Below are positions 50,938 through 63,625 of a stretch of DNA of 64,000 bases, piece after piece. The position numbers and the translations under genes were made by a program. Below the pieces are notes generated by a model. The model had not been told where the DNA came from, did no database searches, and saw nothing but the letters and a program-made list of their open reading frames with translations. Source of the stretch: Mobula hypostoma (lineage: Eukaryota). The DNA lies in assembly GCF_963921235.1 (NCBI RefSeq), contig NC_086118.1, forward strand, positions 27,654,001 through 27,718,000, given 5' to 3'. Every line of letters begins with the position of its first letter. Position 1 is the stretch's first letter.

Positions 50938-52781
50938 TTGAAAGAGGATCATAAAGATAGCATTAGTCTTTGGATTACTACCTGAGTAAATTGGCACAAC
51001 GCTGAAAGAATTGGAATACATAGTTGATGTTAATGTGAGAGAAATGGGATGTGCTTCATGAAACACTACCACATGGTGGATCTGTTCCATTGGGAACTGG
51101 CTTTCCCTGAACTGGATTGAGATCATGTTCCTTGTGAGTTGAATAACTGGAGTTTAGGTCGGACTTTAATGGGTTTTATTGACTTGTATGCATCAAGCCG
51201 TAGTGTTGCGGGGTGGGTGGGAAGTAGGCCTTGGGACTCTTATTACATGATTGTGACCTTGGGTGTGCTTACTGTGTGTGACTGTTGGTAATGTGTCTTT
51301 GCTCCCTGACCCCGTAGTAAAGGTATCTTATTTGGCTGTATTCATGAGTATTCATATATGGTTAAATGAAAATTAAACTTGAATTCGATTGAATTGAATT
51401 GAAACCAAGTAATGGTTGTTGATGGAGGATTCAGATTAGGTGAAATTAAAGAAGATGAAAGAGAGCAGTCAAGGTGACAGTTTCATTCAATGGTATGTGT
51501 GGGGTAAAGAGACAGAGCATAATGCCTTCTGGCACTCAAATGGTCTCAGTTTTTCACATTTAACAGCACACATGAAGCAGTCCAAGGCTTACAAATGCTT
51601 GAAGGCAGACTATGTCGATTCCTAACTCTGGTGAGGTATGCTCATTACATTTAATCAAAGCTGAGGTAAACAGATTTTTGGATAATAGTAAAATTAAGTA
51701 TTATGGGGATTAGCCATGAAAGTAAGTGTTAAATGTTGAGAAAGCTCCAGAAGTCATATTGCACATTCCTGCATCTGGTTTTTAAGACCCAAATCAAACC
51801 AGTATAATATGAATTCCATGACAATCATCATTTCTCATTCACTAAAGCTCCAGTGTTTGTGAAGTAAAGCAGATGGTCCATAAAATCTGGATCCCTGCAA
51901 CATGTTGCATTTACTTAATATGCTCTGTGGTTAGCTTTGACATGACCAATGTAAATTTAATTTTGCTCTGAAGCTTTCTGTTAGGAGTGTTGAGATTGTG
52001 ATATTCCTGGATTTGTGACGCCTTTAGCAAGTAGTCTTCCTGCAGCCATTTAGACTTGATAATTGGTATCAAGGAGAATGTTGTTAATAACTTTATTTAT
52101 GCTGAAAATATGACACTGAACCTCAAAGGTCCTTGCAGTACGGGTTATTCAACATAATCTCCCTCCAGATGTGAACATTTTCTCAGAATTTCTTTACGTT
52201 GTTTCATTTTGCTCATATTCTTATGCTAACCCATCATCCACAACTGGGTTATCGTCAAATGACTTTCACTTTCAGGATATAAAGCTCCATGACCAAGAAT
52301 GGAAACAAATTCTTTTTTCTGATCCCAATTGTAAATTGCCCCAATTGAATATTTCAAATAAACATTCCAGTACTAAAGTCAAGTGAGTATTATTGGGGCA
52401 ACTGGTCAAAAGTTTGGTCAAAGAGCTGGGTTTTAAAGAGCATCTTAAAGAAGCAAATGAAGGTGAAATGAAGTATGTTTTGACACAGGTTTTGCAAAGC
52501 CTTTGGTCCAGGCATTTGGAATGTTCAATGCCAGAGGATTTCAGCAGAGGATGAGGTAAAGCAGATTGGAAACAAATGATTAAAGAAGAACCTGGTGCTT
52601 CCTGTGGATATTTGGTGCAAAGCTCAGTGTATTGGGTGCAACCTCTTTCAGTTGCAGACACTTGCTCGGAAGGATACTTGTGAGGAGCCAGGCAGCTTTA
52701 GGGGATGAAGATGGAATTTTAAATTGCAATGCCTTGCTCAGTGTAAGACGCTGTTTTGATTAAGCAGTAGAAGTGTTGCCA

Positions 52782-54812
52782 ATAACTCTAAAACAGCAGG
52801 AATGGATCTCTCAGGATTAGAAATATATAAAAGTAAATCATCAGCATAGAGTGATAATTTATGGGACTTTAATCCCCGAGTTATCCCAGTAATATTTGAA
52901 GATTCTCGAATAGCAATTGCAAGAGGTTCTAATGCAATATCAAATAATAGGGGACTAAGAGGACAGCCTTGTCGAGTACCACGAAAGAGAGGAAAAAAAG
53001 GTGAGTTTAAGGAGTTAGTACGAACCGAGGCTACAGGGGAGTGATATAACAGTTTAATCCAGGATATAAATTTCAAGCTAAAATTAAACATTTCAAGCAC
53101 CTTAAATAAATAAGGCCATTCTACTCTATCAAAAGCTTTCTCGGCATCTAAAGAAATAACACACTCAGGAACATTTTGTGAGGGAGTATAAACGATATTT
53201 AACAATGTACGAATATTATAAAAAGAGTAACGACCTTTAATAAAACCCGTTTGGTCTTCCGAAATAATAGAAGGAAGTACTTTTTCTAGTCTATTTGCTA
53301 ATAACTTGGAAAAAACTTTAGAATCAACATTTAATAAAGATATTGGTCTATAAGATGCACATTGAGCAGGGTCTTTATCCTTCTTTAGTATTAAAGAAAT
53401 TGATGCTCTATTAAAAGATTCCGGAAGTTTACCAAGTTTCAAAGAAGCCTCAAAAACCTTATAGAGCCAAGGAATCAATAAAGAAGCAAAACATTTATAA
53501 AATTCAACGGTAAACCCATCAGGGCCAGGAGCTTTCCCCAGATTCATAGAAAAAATAACATTCTTAATCTCATCCATTGTAATGGAAGTATCTAATAAAG
53601 AAGACATATCCTGTGAAATCTGAGGGAAGTCTAACTTATCTAAAAAATCATTCATATATTTAGAATCTCGAGGAGACTCTGATTGATATAAAGAAGAATA
53701 AAAATCACAAAAGGTTTGATTAATCCCCACATGATCCAATATCAATCGATCATTTTGGTTATAAATCTGATTGATTTGAGATTTAACATAATTAGATTTC
53801 AATTGATTAGCCAGCAGCTTGCCAATTTTATCACTGTGAACATAAAAATCACTTCTTGTTTTCTTTAATTGGTTTACAATCGAGGACGAGAGTAGTAAAC
53901 TGTGTTCCATTTGAAGTTCAGTTCTTTGTTTGTATAGCTCCTCAGAAGGAGCCATAACATATTTCTTATCAATTTCTTTAATCTTGTCCACAATTGCCAT
54001 CTCCTCCTGCTTCTGTTTCTTCCTCAAAGCAACGGAATACGAAATAATCTGACCCCGAATATAGGCTTTAAAAGTGTCCCAAAGAGTGTTAACCGAAATA
54101 TCTTCTGTATGGTTAATTGTAAAAAAAAGCTCAATCTGTTCATTCATAAAATTAACAAAGTCCGAGTCCTGAAGCAACAGCGAATTAAAACGCCATTGTC
54201 TATTGTTTGGTATATTGGCCATAATTTTAATAGAAAGCTTAAGTGGAGCATGATCCGAAATGGTTATAGAATCATAATCACATTTAATCACTGAAGGAAT
54301 GAGACGAGAATCAATGAAAAAATAATCAATTCTTGAATAGGAATGATGAACATGTGAAAAGAAGGAAAAATCTTTTTCCTGAGGATGCAGAAAACGCCAA
54401 ATGTCCGTCGACCCAGAATCAGAAAGGAAAAAATTAATCAAATTTGCAGATTTATTAGGTAAAGTCCGTAAAGGAGCCGAACGGTCCAAAGCTGGAGATA
54501 AACAGGTATTAAGATCTCCGCCCCAAATCAATGAAAACTCGTTCAAATTCGGAAACTGATCAAACAATGATTTATAAAATTCCGGACAATCCATATTAGG
54601 AGCATAAACATTAACCAAAACTACTTTTTTATTAAATAGTAAACCACTAACCAGTAAAAATCTACCATTCGGATCAGAAATAATATCCTGTTGTATAAAA
54701 GTAACTGAGGAGTCTATAAAAATAGAGACGCCTCGAATCTTAGCATTGGAGTTCGAATGAAATTGTTGTCCCTTCCAGAATTTGAAAAAACGTAGTCTGT
54801 CCCCCCTCCGTA
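52782..54812 (-). pseudogene. L1 ORF2 N-terminal part (APE endonuclease plus RT through YADD), inverted, stop-free
   Basis: NVYAPN, GGDLN, YSRIDY, SDHAP, APGPDG, YRPISLLN, DAEKAFD, QGCPLSP, YADD. Confidence 0.92.
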
Positions 54813-56365
54813 ATAAACATCTTCCCTTATATTATAAATTTCCATTTAAATTGATTAATAATTACTTTTCATATCTTGGGATTAAAATTACTTGTAAACA
54901 TAAAGATTTATTTAAGACTAACTTTTTACCATTAATAGACCATATTACTCAACTTTCATCTAAATGGTTTCCCTTATATTTAACTTTGATTGGTCGTATT
55001 AATGCAGTTAAGATGTTTTTTTTGCCAAAATTTTTATATGTGTTTCAGGCATTACCAATTTTCGTTCCTAAATCTTTTTTTGATAAAGTTGACTCTAAAA
55101 TTTCTTCATTTATTTGGCAGAATAAGAATCCGAGACTGGGTAAAATACATTTACAGAAAGCTAAGAGAGATGGAGGTTTAGCATTACCTAACTTTAGATT
55201 TTATTATTGGGCTATTAATATTCGACATATGAAATTTTGGTTACTTGACCGGGACATACTATCTATTCCTAAATGGGTAGCATTGGAATTACAATCTGTT
55301 CAGGGTTATACACTTGGTTCTATTTTAGGTTCCTCTCTTCCTTTTGATTCGAAACGCCTTAAGCAGGTCTCTAACCCGATAGTTAAATATGCTTTGCGCA
55401 TTTGGTTTCAATTCAGAAAATTTTTTGATCTTAATCAATTCGGGTTAGCGATTCCTATTTTAGGTAACATATTTTTTCCTCCCTCTTTTACGGATCGCGC
55501 TTTTCAAACTTGGAAGACTAAGGGTATTTTACGGTTTTTGGATTTATTTTTAGATGGTTCCCTTATGTCTTTTGAACAATTATCTAATAAATATAACTTA
55601 TCAAGAATACATTTTTTTAGATATTTACAAGTTAGAAATTTCCTAAGTACTATACTTTCTTCCTTTCCAATGCTTCCTCCTATATATATTTTAGATTCGA
55701 TAATTAACCTTAATCCATGTCAGAAAGGTGCATCGGCTATGATTTATAATATTATTATGAAACTTAGGAAAGCTCCATTTGATAAGATTAGGGTAGATTG
55801 GGAACAGGAATTGGGGCTTACCATTTCTGTGGATGATTGGGGGCAGATTTTACAATTAGTTAATACTTCCTCTATTTGTGCTAAACATTCCCTAATTCAA
55901 TTTAAAGTGGTTCATAGAGCACATATGTCCAAAGATAAGTTAGCGCGTTTTTACTCGCATATTAATCCTTTCTGTGATAGATGTTCGGGGCAGATAGCCT
56001 CTTTAACTCATATGTTTTGGTCTTGCCCTACTTTGGAAACTTTTTGGAGAGATATTTTCAATATTATTTCTAAGGTATTAAATATAGATATCTCTCCTCA
56101 CCCTATTACTGCTATCTTTGGACTACCTAAAATTTCTAGTAATCTTTCCCCTTCAGCCCGTAGAATGATTGCATTTCTTACTTTAATGGCGAAAAGATGT
56201 ATTTTACAACATTGGAAAGAGCTTAATGCTCCAACTACCTTTTTTTGGTTTTCTCAGACGATTTTATGTTTGAATCTGGAGAAAATTAGAAGTAACCTTT
56301 ATGATTCTTCATTTAAATTTGAACAGATTTGGGGACCTTTTATTCGATATTTTCATTTAATGTAA
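54813..56365 (+). pseudogene. L1 ORF2 C-terminal part (RT thumb plus CCHC), stop-free
   Basis: FSYLGI, GRINAVKM, GGLALPNF..YYWA, CDRC..LTHMFWSC. Confidence 0.92.
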
Positions 56366-57601
56366 TATTTACCCTTCTTGTTTTTTTTTTTTCACTGTTT
56401 TAATGGAGGTCGGGATTGAGGACGTGATTTTAAGTTTAACTCTGTTTGGTTTCAAGTTAGCCCATTGCTTTGCTTTGCTTTTAGGTAGTTGCACGGTGGG
56501 TTTTTTTTTGGGGGTTTTTTTTTTCTTTTTTCTTTTTTTTTCCATTGATATATATAAAATCTAGTATACTATTATGTTATCTTGGTTTCTTATGCTTAAA
56601 TTACATTGTTTGTAGTATTTTCTTTTTGGTATTGTTATCTTTTGGAATTTTATTGTACTTTAACATTGTATTAATGTTTATATGGCTTACCTTTTTTGTA
56701 TACTTACTCAATAAAAAGATTTAAAAAGAAAGAAAGAAGTGTTGCCAGGAATAGTTAACTGGAGAAGTTGAAGGATCTGATTGACAATTTAAGTGTCTTT
56801 ATAAAGAAGGCTGCATGCCATTTTAATGGCTAGCGATTGATCCAATGTCCTTTGTTGACAGCAACTATCCATGGCCTACTTACCTGTCAATATATTACCT
56901 GGCAGCTTAAGGTTTGAAGAGGACTTTTGAAACACATCAGAAAACTCTCTGTGACATTCACAGGCAATCAGTCAAAACCACAATAAATTCACCAAAAAGA
57001 GAGTCATAGAGAATTACAGCGCTCAAACAGGCCCTTCGGCCCATCTAGTCAATGCAGAAACAATTTAAACTGCTTATTTCCACCAGCCTGCTCCAGAACC
57101 ATAGCCCTCCATATCCCTACCATCCATGTACCTATCCAAACTTCTCTTGAATGTTGAAATCGGGGTTACATGCACCACTTGTGCTGGCAGCTCATTCCAC
57201 TCTCTCGTGATTCTCTGATTTGAAGACGTTTCCCATCATGTTCCCCTTAAATTTCTCAGATTTCACCCTAAACCCATGACTTCTGATTGTAGTCCCACCC
57301 AATCTCAATGGAAATAGCCTGTTTGCATTTACCCCATCTACACCTCTCATGATTTTGTATATCCCTATCAAATCACCTGTCAGTTTTCTATGTTCCACAG
57401 TCCTAGCCTATTTAATTTTTCCATATAACTCAGGTTCTCCAGACCTGACAACATCTAAATAAATTTTCTCTGCACTCTTTCAACCTTGCTTACATCTTTC
57501 CTGTAGGTATGTGACCAAAACTGTACTCAATACTTCAAGCAACATACATCAAAGTTGCTGGTGAACGCAGCAGGCCAAGCAGCATCTATAGGAAGAGGTG
57601 C

Positions 57602-57637
57602 AGTCGACGTTTCAGGCCGAGACCCTTCGTCAGGACT
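57602..57637 (-). ncRNA. Minimal type I hammerhead ribozyme with intact core
   Basis: AGUC-CUGACGA-AGG(GUCUCGG)CCU-GAAAC-GUC-GACU: stem I, core, stem II, loopless palindromic stem III, GUC cleavage triplet. Confidence 0.85.
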
Positions 57638-57930
57638 AACTGAAGGAAGAGTGAGTAAGGGATTTGAAAGCTGGAGGGGGAGGGGGAGATGCAAAATGAT
57701 AGGAGAAGACAGGAGGGGGAGGGATGGAGCCGAGAGCTGGACAGGTGATAGGCAGAAGGGGATACGAGAGGATCATGGGACAGGAGGTCCGGGAAGAAAG
57801 ACGGGGGGGGGGTGACCCAGAGGATGGGCAAGAGGTATATTCAGAGGGACAGAGGGAGAAAAAGGAGAGTGAGAGAAAGAATGTGTGCATAAAAAAGAGT
57901 AACAGATGGGGTACGAGGGGGAGGTGGGGC

Positions 57931-59225
57931 CTAGCGGAAGTTAGAGAAGTCAATATTCATGCCATCAGGTTGGAGGCTACCCATACGGAATATAAGGTGT
58001 TGTTCCTCCAACCTGAGTGTGGCTTCATCTTTACAGTAGAGGAGGCCGTGGATAGACATGTCAGAATGGGAATGGGATGTGGAATTAAAATGTGTGGCCA
58101 CTGGGAGATCCTGCTTTCTCTGGCGGACAGAGCGTAGATGTTCAGCAAAGCAGTCTCCCAGTCTGCGTTGGGTCTCACCAATATATAAAAGGCCACATCG
58201 GGAGCACCGGACGCAGTATATCACCCCAGTCGACTCACAGGTGAAGTGATGCCTCACCTGGAAGGACTGTTTGGGGCCCTGAATGGTGGTAAGGGAGGAA
58301 GTGTAAGGGCATGTGTAGCACTTGTTCCGCTTACACGGATAAGTGCCAGGAGGGAGATCAGTGGGGAGGGATGGGGGGGACGAATGGACAAGGGAGTTGT
58401 GTAGGGAGCGATCCCTGCGGAATGCAGAGAGAGGGGGGGAGGGAAAGATATGCTTAGTGGTGGGATCCCGTTGGAGGTGGCGGAAGTTACGGAGAATAAT
58501 ATGTTGGACCCGGAGGCTGGTGGGGTGGTAGGTGAGGACCAGGGGAACCCTATTCCTAGTGGGATGGTGGGAGGATGGAGTGAGAGCAGATGTACGTGAA
58601 ATGGGGGAGATGCGTTTAAGAGCAGAGTTGATAGTGGAGGAAGGGAAGCCCCTTTCTTTAAAAAATGAAGACATCTCCCTCGTCCTAGAATGAAAAGCCT
58701 CATCCTGAGAGCAGATGCGGCGGAGACGGAGGAATTGCGAGAAGGGGATGGCGTTTTTGCAAGAGACAGGGTGAGAAGAGGAATAGTCCAGATAGCTGTG
58801 AGAGTCAGTAGGCTTATAGTAGACATCAGTGGATAAGCTGTCTCCAGAGACAGAGACAGAAAGATCTAGAAAGGGGAGGGAGGTGTCGGAAATAGACCAG
58901 GTAAACTTGAGGGCAGGGTGAAAGTTGGAGGCAAAGTTAATAAAGTCAACGAGTTCTGCATGCGTGCAGGAAGCAGCGCCAATGCAGTCGTCGATGTAGC
59001 GAAGGAAAAGTGGGGGACAGATACCAGAATAGGCACGGAACATAGATTGTTCCACAAAGCCAACAAAAAGGCAGGCATAGCTAGGACCCATACGGGTGCC
59101 CATAGCTACACCTTTAGTTTGGAGGAAATGGGAGGAGCAAAAGGAGAAATTATTAAGAGTAAGGACTAATTCCGCTAGACGGAGCAGAGTGGTGGTAGAG
59201 GGGAACTGATTAGGTCTGGAATCCA
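57931..59225 (-). CDS. Penelope-like RT/GIY-YIG ORF, 5'-truncated
   Basis: ORF track 57931..59232; first codons derive from the host CR1. Confidence 0.8.
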
Positions 59226-60507
59226 ATGTCATACAATTTCAACATGACATCCCATCTTCTGTATTCAATACATTGATTTATGAAAGCCAATGTGCCAAAA
59301 GCTTTCTTTATGATCTTATCTCCCTATGACACCATTTTCAATTAATTATGGACCTGTATTCCCAGATCCCTTTGTGCTACCACACTGCTCAGCGCCCTAC
59401 CATTCACTGTACAAGGCGTACCCTGGTTGGTCCTACTAAAGTGCAAAACCTTGTACTTGCCTGCATTAAATTCCATCTGCCCTGTTTCAGACTATTTTTC
59501 CAGCTGATGTAAGTCCCTCTGCAAGCCATGACAGCCTTACTCACCGTCCATTACACCCCCGACTTGGTGTCATCTGCAAATTTGCTGATCCAGTTAACCG
59601 CATTATCATCCAGATCACTGAGATAGATGAGAACCAACAAAGGACCCAGCACCAATCCATGCGGCACACCACTAGTCACAGGCCTCCAGTCAGAGAGGCA
59701 ACATTCTACTACCACTCTCTGGCTTCTCCCAAGAACCCAATGTCTAATCCAATTTGCTACCTCATCCTGAAGGCCGAGTGACTGAGCCTTCTTGACCAGT
59801 CTCCCTTCTAGGACCTTGTCAAACGCCTTACTAAACCCCATGTCCAACCACTGCCTTGTCTTCATCCACTTTCCTGGTAACTTCCTCAATAAAAAGCTAT
59901 AAGATTGGTTAGACATGACCTACCACACACTAAGCCATGCTGACTATCTTTAATCAGTCCATGTGTATCCAAATACTTATATATCCAGTCCTTTAGAATG
60001 GCCTCAACCAATAACTTTCCCACAACTGATGTCAGAAGATTTCACGCAGAATGAGAGAGTTCTGCACCACCCCAGATTTCTGGACATCTTTCTGTGGGAG
60101 TCACCAAAGGATGGGGAGTTTTTGGCCATCTGTGTCTTACAGTTTATCTGTTGTCCAACTCCCCCTAAAAGAAAATCCCTCCGCCCCAGAACTCATGAGA
60201 TCCTGAACCATCCTGAAAGCTGTTGCTGTGCATCACTGCATGCCCCCTTTACCAACGAAAGTCAATGAGAGAAGCTTCCATAACCAGCTCCAGGACATCA
60301 CCATTTATGTGGTAAACTAACAAGTTTGCTTTTAGTGCATTTGAGCAGTGAAACTATAAAATTCTATGTTCATATCCACACTTTCAAATAGACATATATC
60401 CCTTTTCGTCCTGATTTCATCCCCCTCTCCACCCATGTTTTTATTCTCATTTTGTGAACAGTAATAATTTAATATTTACAAATCAAACAAAACCTATGTT
60501 GGAAATG

Positions 60508-61004
60508 TCAGTCCATTACCTCCTCTACTGTCACAAGGACACCACTCTCAGGTTGCAGGAGCAATACCTCATATTCTGTCTGTATAGCCTCCAACCAACT
60601 GCATGAACATTGATTCCTCTAACTTCTGGTAATTCACCCCCCCCCCCTTCCATTCCCCTGGCTCCCATTTCTGGCTCCCCCATTACCTCTTCTCCTTACC
60701 AGCCTATCATCTCACCCTGGTGCCACTCTTCATCCCCATTCTCTCATGGTCCTCTCTCCTCTCCTATCAGATTCCTTCTTCTTCATCCCTTCACCTTTGC
60801 CACCTACCACCTCCCAGTTTCTCTCTTCATCCTCTGTCCCCCACCAGCTTTATCTTCTAGTTTGTACTCCTTCCCCTCCCGCCATCATTTTATTCTCGCT
60901 TCTTTCCCATTCCTTTCCAGTCTCAGCCTGAAACATTGACTATTTGTTCCTTTCCATAGATGCTGCCTGACCTGTCGATTTCCTCCAGCACTTTGTATGT
61001 GTTA
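60508..61004 (+). mobile_element. Penelope-like 3' fragment with 14-bp TSD
   Basis: CTATGTTGGAAATG at 60494..60507 and 61005..61018; hammerhead CTGANGA box deleted. Confidence 0.8.
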
Positions 61005-61469
61005 CTATGTTGGAAATGCAAGCATGGTGGGGCAGGAGATGGAGGCAGGACGGGTGAATGTTTCTCTGTGGTTACTTATTCCCTTCATCTCTGACACGTC
61101 CAGTGGCATGACCTCATTGGAGATGAATATGTGGGAGGCAAGTAGAGTGGACAGTGCTTGTACATATTTAGCACTACTAAGCAAGGAGAGATTTTTCTCT
61201 AGTAAGATAAAGATGCCAAAGTCATCATACGCTGTAAAAAAAAAATGCTTTAGGCAGGATCCAGTTCTGTGATTCAAAATGGCGAAATAAAAATGATAAG
61301 AGAGGTAGATGCATCTTGGAGACAGTTATCAAGGTGTTAGATATGGTACCATAGATTAATTGTACTGATCACACACTGATCAGGAGTCAAAGGCCTCAGA
61401 AAACTGAATATTTTATCCAGCTCTCAGCTTGCAAAGTTGGAATGGATCAGGATGGATTTCAGTTTCAAT

Positions 61470-62060
61470 ATAGATTAGTTTATTGTCGTATACACCAGGA
61501 TGCAATGACATTTCTTGCTCACATGAAACCCAGAGTAAACAGTGTACATAGTAAAAATAAATAAGACATTAAATACTGCAATGGGAGCAAAATAATGGAA
61601 TGAGGCAAAGTATAGTAGTGCAAACTGAAGAAGTGCAGGAAGAAACAATAATGGAGCAGCTGGAATTAAGTGTGCGAAAACATCCAGGGAGGTTAAAGAG
61701 GTGTTTGCTCAGTAGACTGACAGCAAAAGGGTAGAAACTGTTCTTGAACTTAGTTGCCCAGGCTTTCAAGCTCCTGCGCCTTCTTCAAGAACGTAAAAGT
61801 GAGAAAAGAATGGCAAGCAAATTTGACAATACTGTTAGGCTTCTTCACGCAACACACCACAAAAGATGGACTGGATGGAAGGATGTGGTGAGCTTTTGAT
61901 GGACTAGGCAGTAATTACCATTCTCTGCAGCTTTTGTCAGTTCAGAGCAGTTGCTGTCATAGGCTGGACTGTAATCTGTCAAGATACTTTCTATAGTGCA
62001 TCAGTAGGAGTTTGAGAGAATCCTTCTGGACAAGTGCAATCTTCTCAGATACTTGAGAAA
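61470..62060 (-). mobile_element. Old Rex1-like LINE 3' fragment
   Basis: KAWATKFKNSFYPFAVSLL; gacaataaactaatc-type tail. Confidence 0.5.
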
Positions 62061-63625
62061 GTACAAATGCAATTACATCAGATCTAGTAATCAGAGGTAA
62101 AAGTGGCCGACTCCCTATTCCATGTCCCACTAATGAAAAAGAGCACAAAGGTTAAGAAGTTATAACTGGGAGCTTAACACAAATACAGTGACTGCAGAAA
62201 TAGTTAAATAGAGAGTGTTGAGAAAATTTGAAGGGGAAAAGCAATTGGGGTGAGGGTAAATGTGAATTTCTGGTAACGAGTCTAAAGCATTCAATTTCAT
62301 GTAAGTACCGTAAAGGTACCCAGATTATGAAGAGTCTGCCCACCACAGGTCACAACAACAGGCCAAGTGTGCAGACAGGATAAAATCGTACATTTTTTTG
62401 AAGGGATCATTATGTACCATTTCAGTAAATAGGAACAATTTGCAGATGTTGGCACTGCAGGTTCAGAACATCAAGATTTGCCAAGGACAGACATACTAAA
62501 TTGGAGATATTGTGGTGTTTTGCTTTGCCCTTTATCCTAGAAGCTCCAGTTCCCTATGGAATGTCTTCCAGGTTTCATAAATAGTCCTGCTGGAAGATTA
62601 TGTTGCCAGTGATCTTTCGGCTCCCTCTTTGACAGGTATGGCGGCTGAGGATTACAATGTGATGTTGGCCAAAATGATGCTGATGATTTTCAGCAATATC
62701 ATGAAGCATCATTCAGTGAGTGAAAAAAAAGGACAGTGATCATGAATCTACGAAGCCCAGGCTGTGTATCATTGGCCTCATTGAATCATATCAGGAGATT
62801 ACCAGAGGCAACATGAACAAGGGTGCCCCTGTAGTCCCTGTGCTAACGCATTCAATGTCTTGGCTGCTACAAATAACTCTCCTACTTGCCTTTTCATGCA
62901 CTTTAATCTTCTGTTCTGCTCATGTCAGCCATCAACAACTTTAAAATCACTATCTTAATCTCAACACCTCCTAATATTTAATGCATGAATACATCTAATT
63001 TTCACGTCACACGTATTGTCTAATTTCCTACTGACATTGTCAAAAAACCAGAGAGAATGACTAACATTATACTGATTGCCTCATGTCTTTTGATTTAATT
63101 TAACTAGAGTATATCAAAGTGGTTAACGTAGTCTTTTTGATAAGGATCAAATAATTACATGGTCGCGTTCAAAAGGGACATACAGTGGAAGTTATTTCAG
63201 TGTGAAAAAACTAAAGGCAGACTAAGAGACACTAAGGCTACAACCTATTTCTTGCATTCTTTTCACACGTACACTGTTTGATACCTCTATGCAATGATTT
63301 CCTTGATTATGTTTAGTAAACAATAATAATACTATTGATTAATTCATGCTGCCTTGACATTTCTCCCATATTTCATGCAGGGCTATCAATAATATCTATT
63401 TAAAGTGAGTAAATAGTATTTCAGTGGGGTCAGTAATATGTTGATTTATTTGGATATAATAGTTCTTTAAATTAGATTTACATATGCAGTCTTTAATTTT
63501 GTTCTAGTTTAAGTTCAAGTTCAATTATCATTCAAGCATAATGCATATATATAGCTAAACAAAACTGCAATCCCCTGGAGTCAAAGCTCAAAACAAAATA
63601 CATGCAGTCACACACAGCACACATA

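Larger units (their letters stand above)
52782..56734 (+). mobile_element. L1-clade LINE, 5'-truncated and 5'-inverted
   Basis: 13-bp TSD AGAAGTGTTGCCA at 52769..52781 and 56735..56747; AATAAA and A/GAAA tail at 56710..56734; inversion junction ~54811. Confidence 0.93.
57534..59225 (-). mobile_element. Penelope-like element (RT C-terminal part, GIY-YIG endonuclease, 3' repeat), young
   Basis: Stop-free 433-aa ORF with GVAMG, RYIDD, FLD and VIYCVRCSRCGLLYIGET. Confidence 0.93.
57000..60035 (-). mobile_element. CR1 RT/3' fragment hosting a Penelope-like insertion
   Basis: FSKAFDKV, SGVPHGLVLGP, KFADDTK, GDLIGIYKIMRG. Confidence 0.85.

Noticed and set aside
52738..56365. Two independent divergent genes (626 aa and 527 aa)
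   Set aside because: They are consecutive parts of one L1 ORF2 enclosed by a single TSD.
60040..60320. Possible host exon (ORF 59963..60268)
   Set aside because: No recognisable protein similarity or convincing splice boundaries; it abuts a CR1 end.
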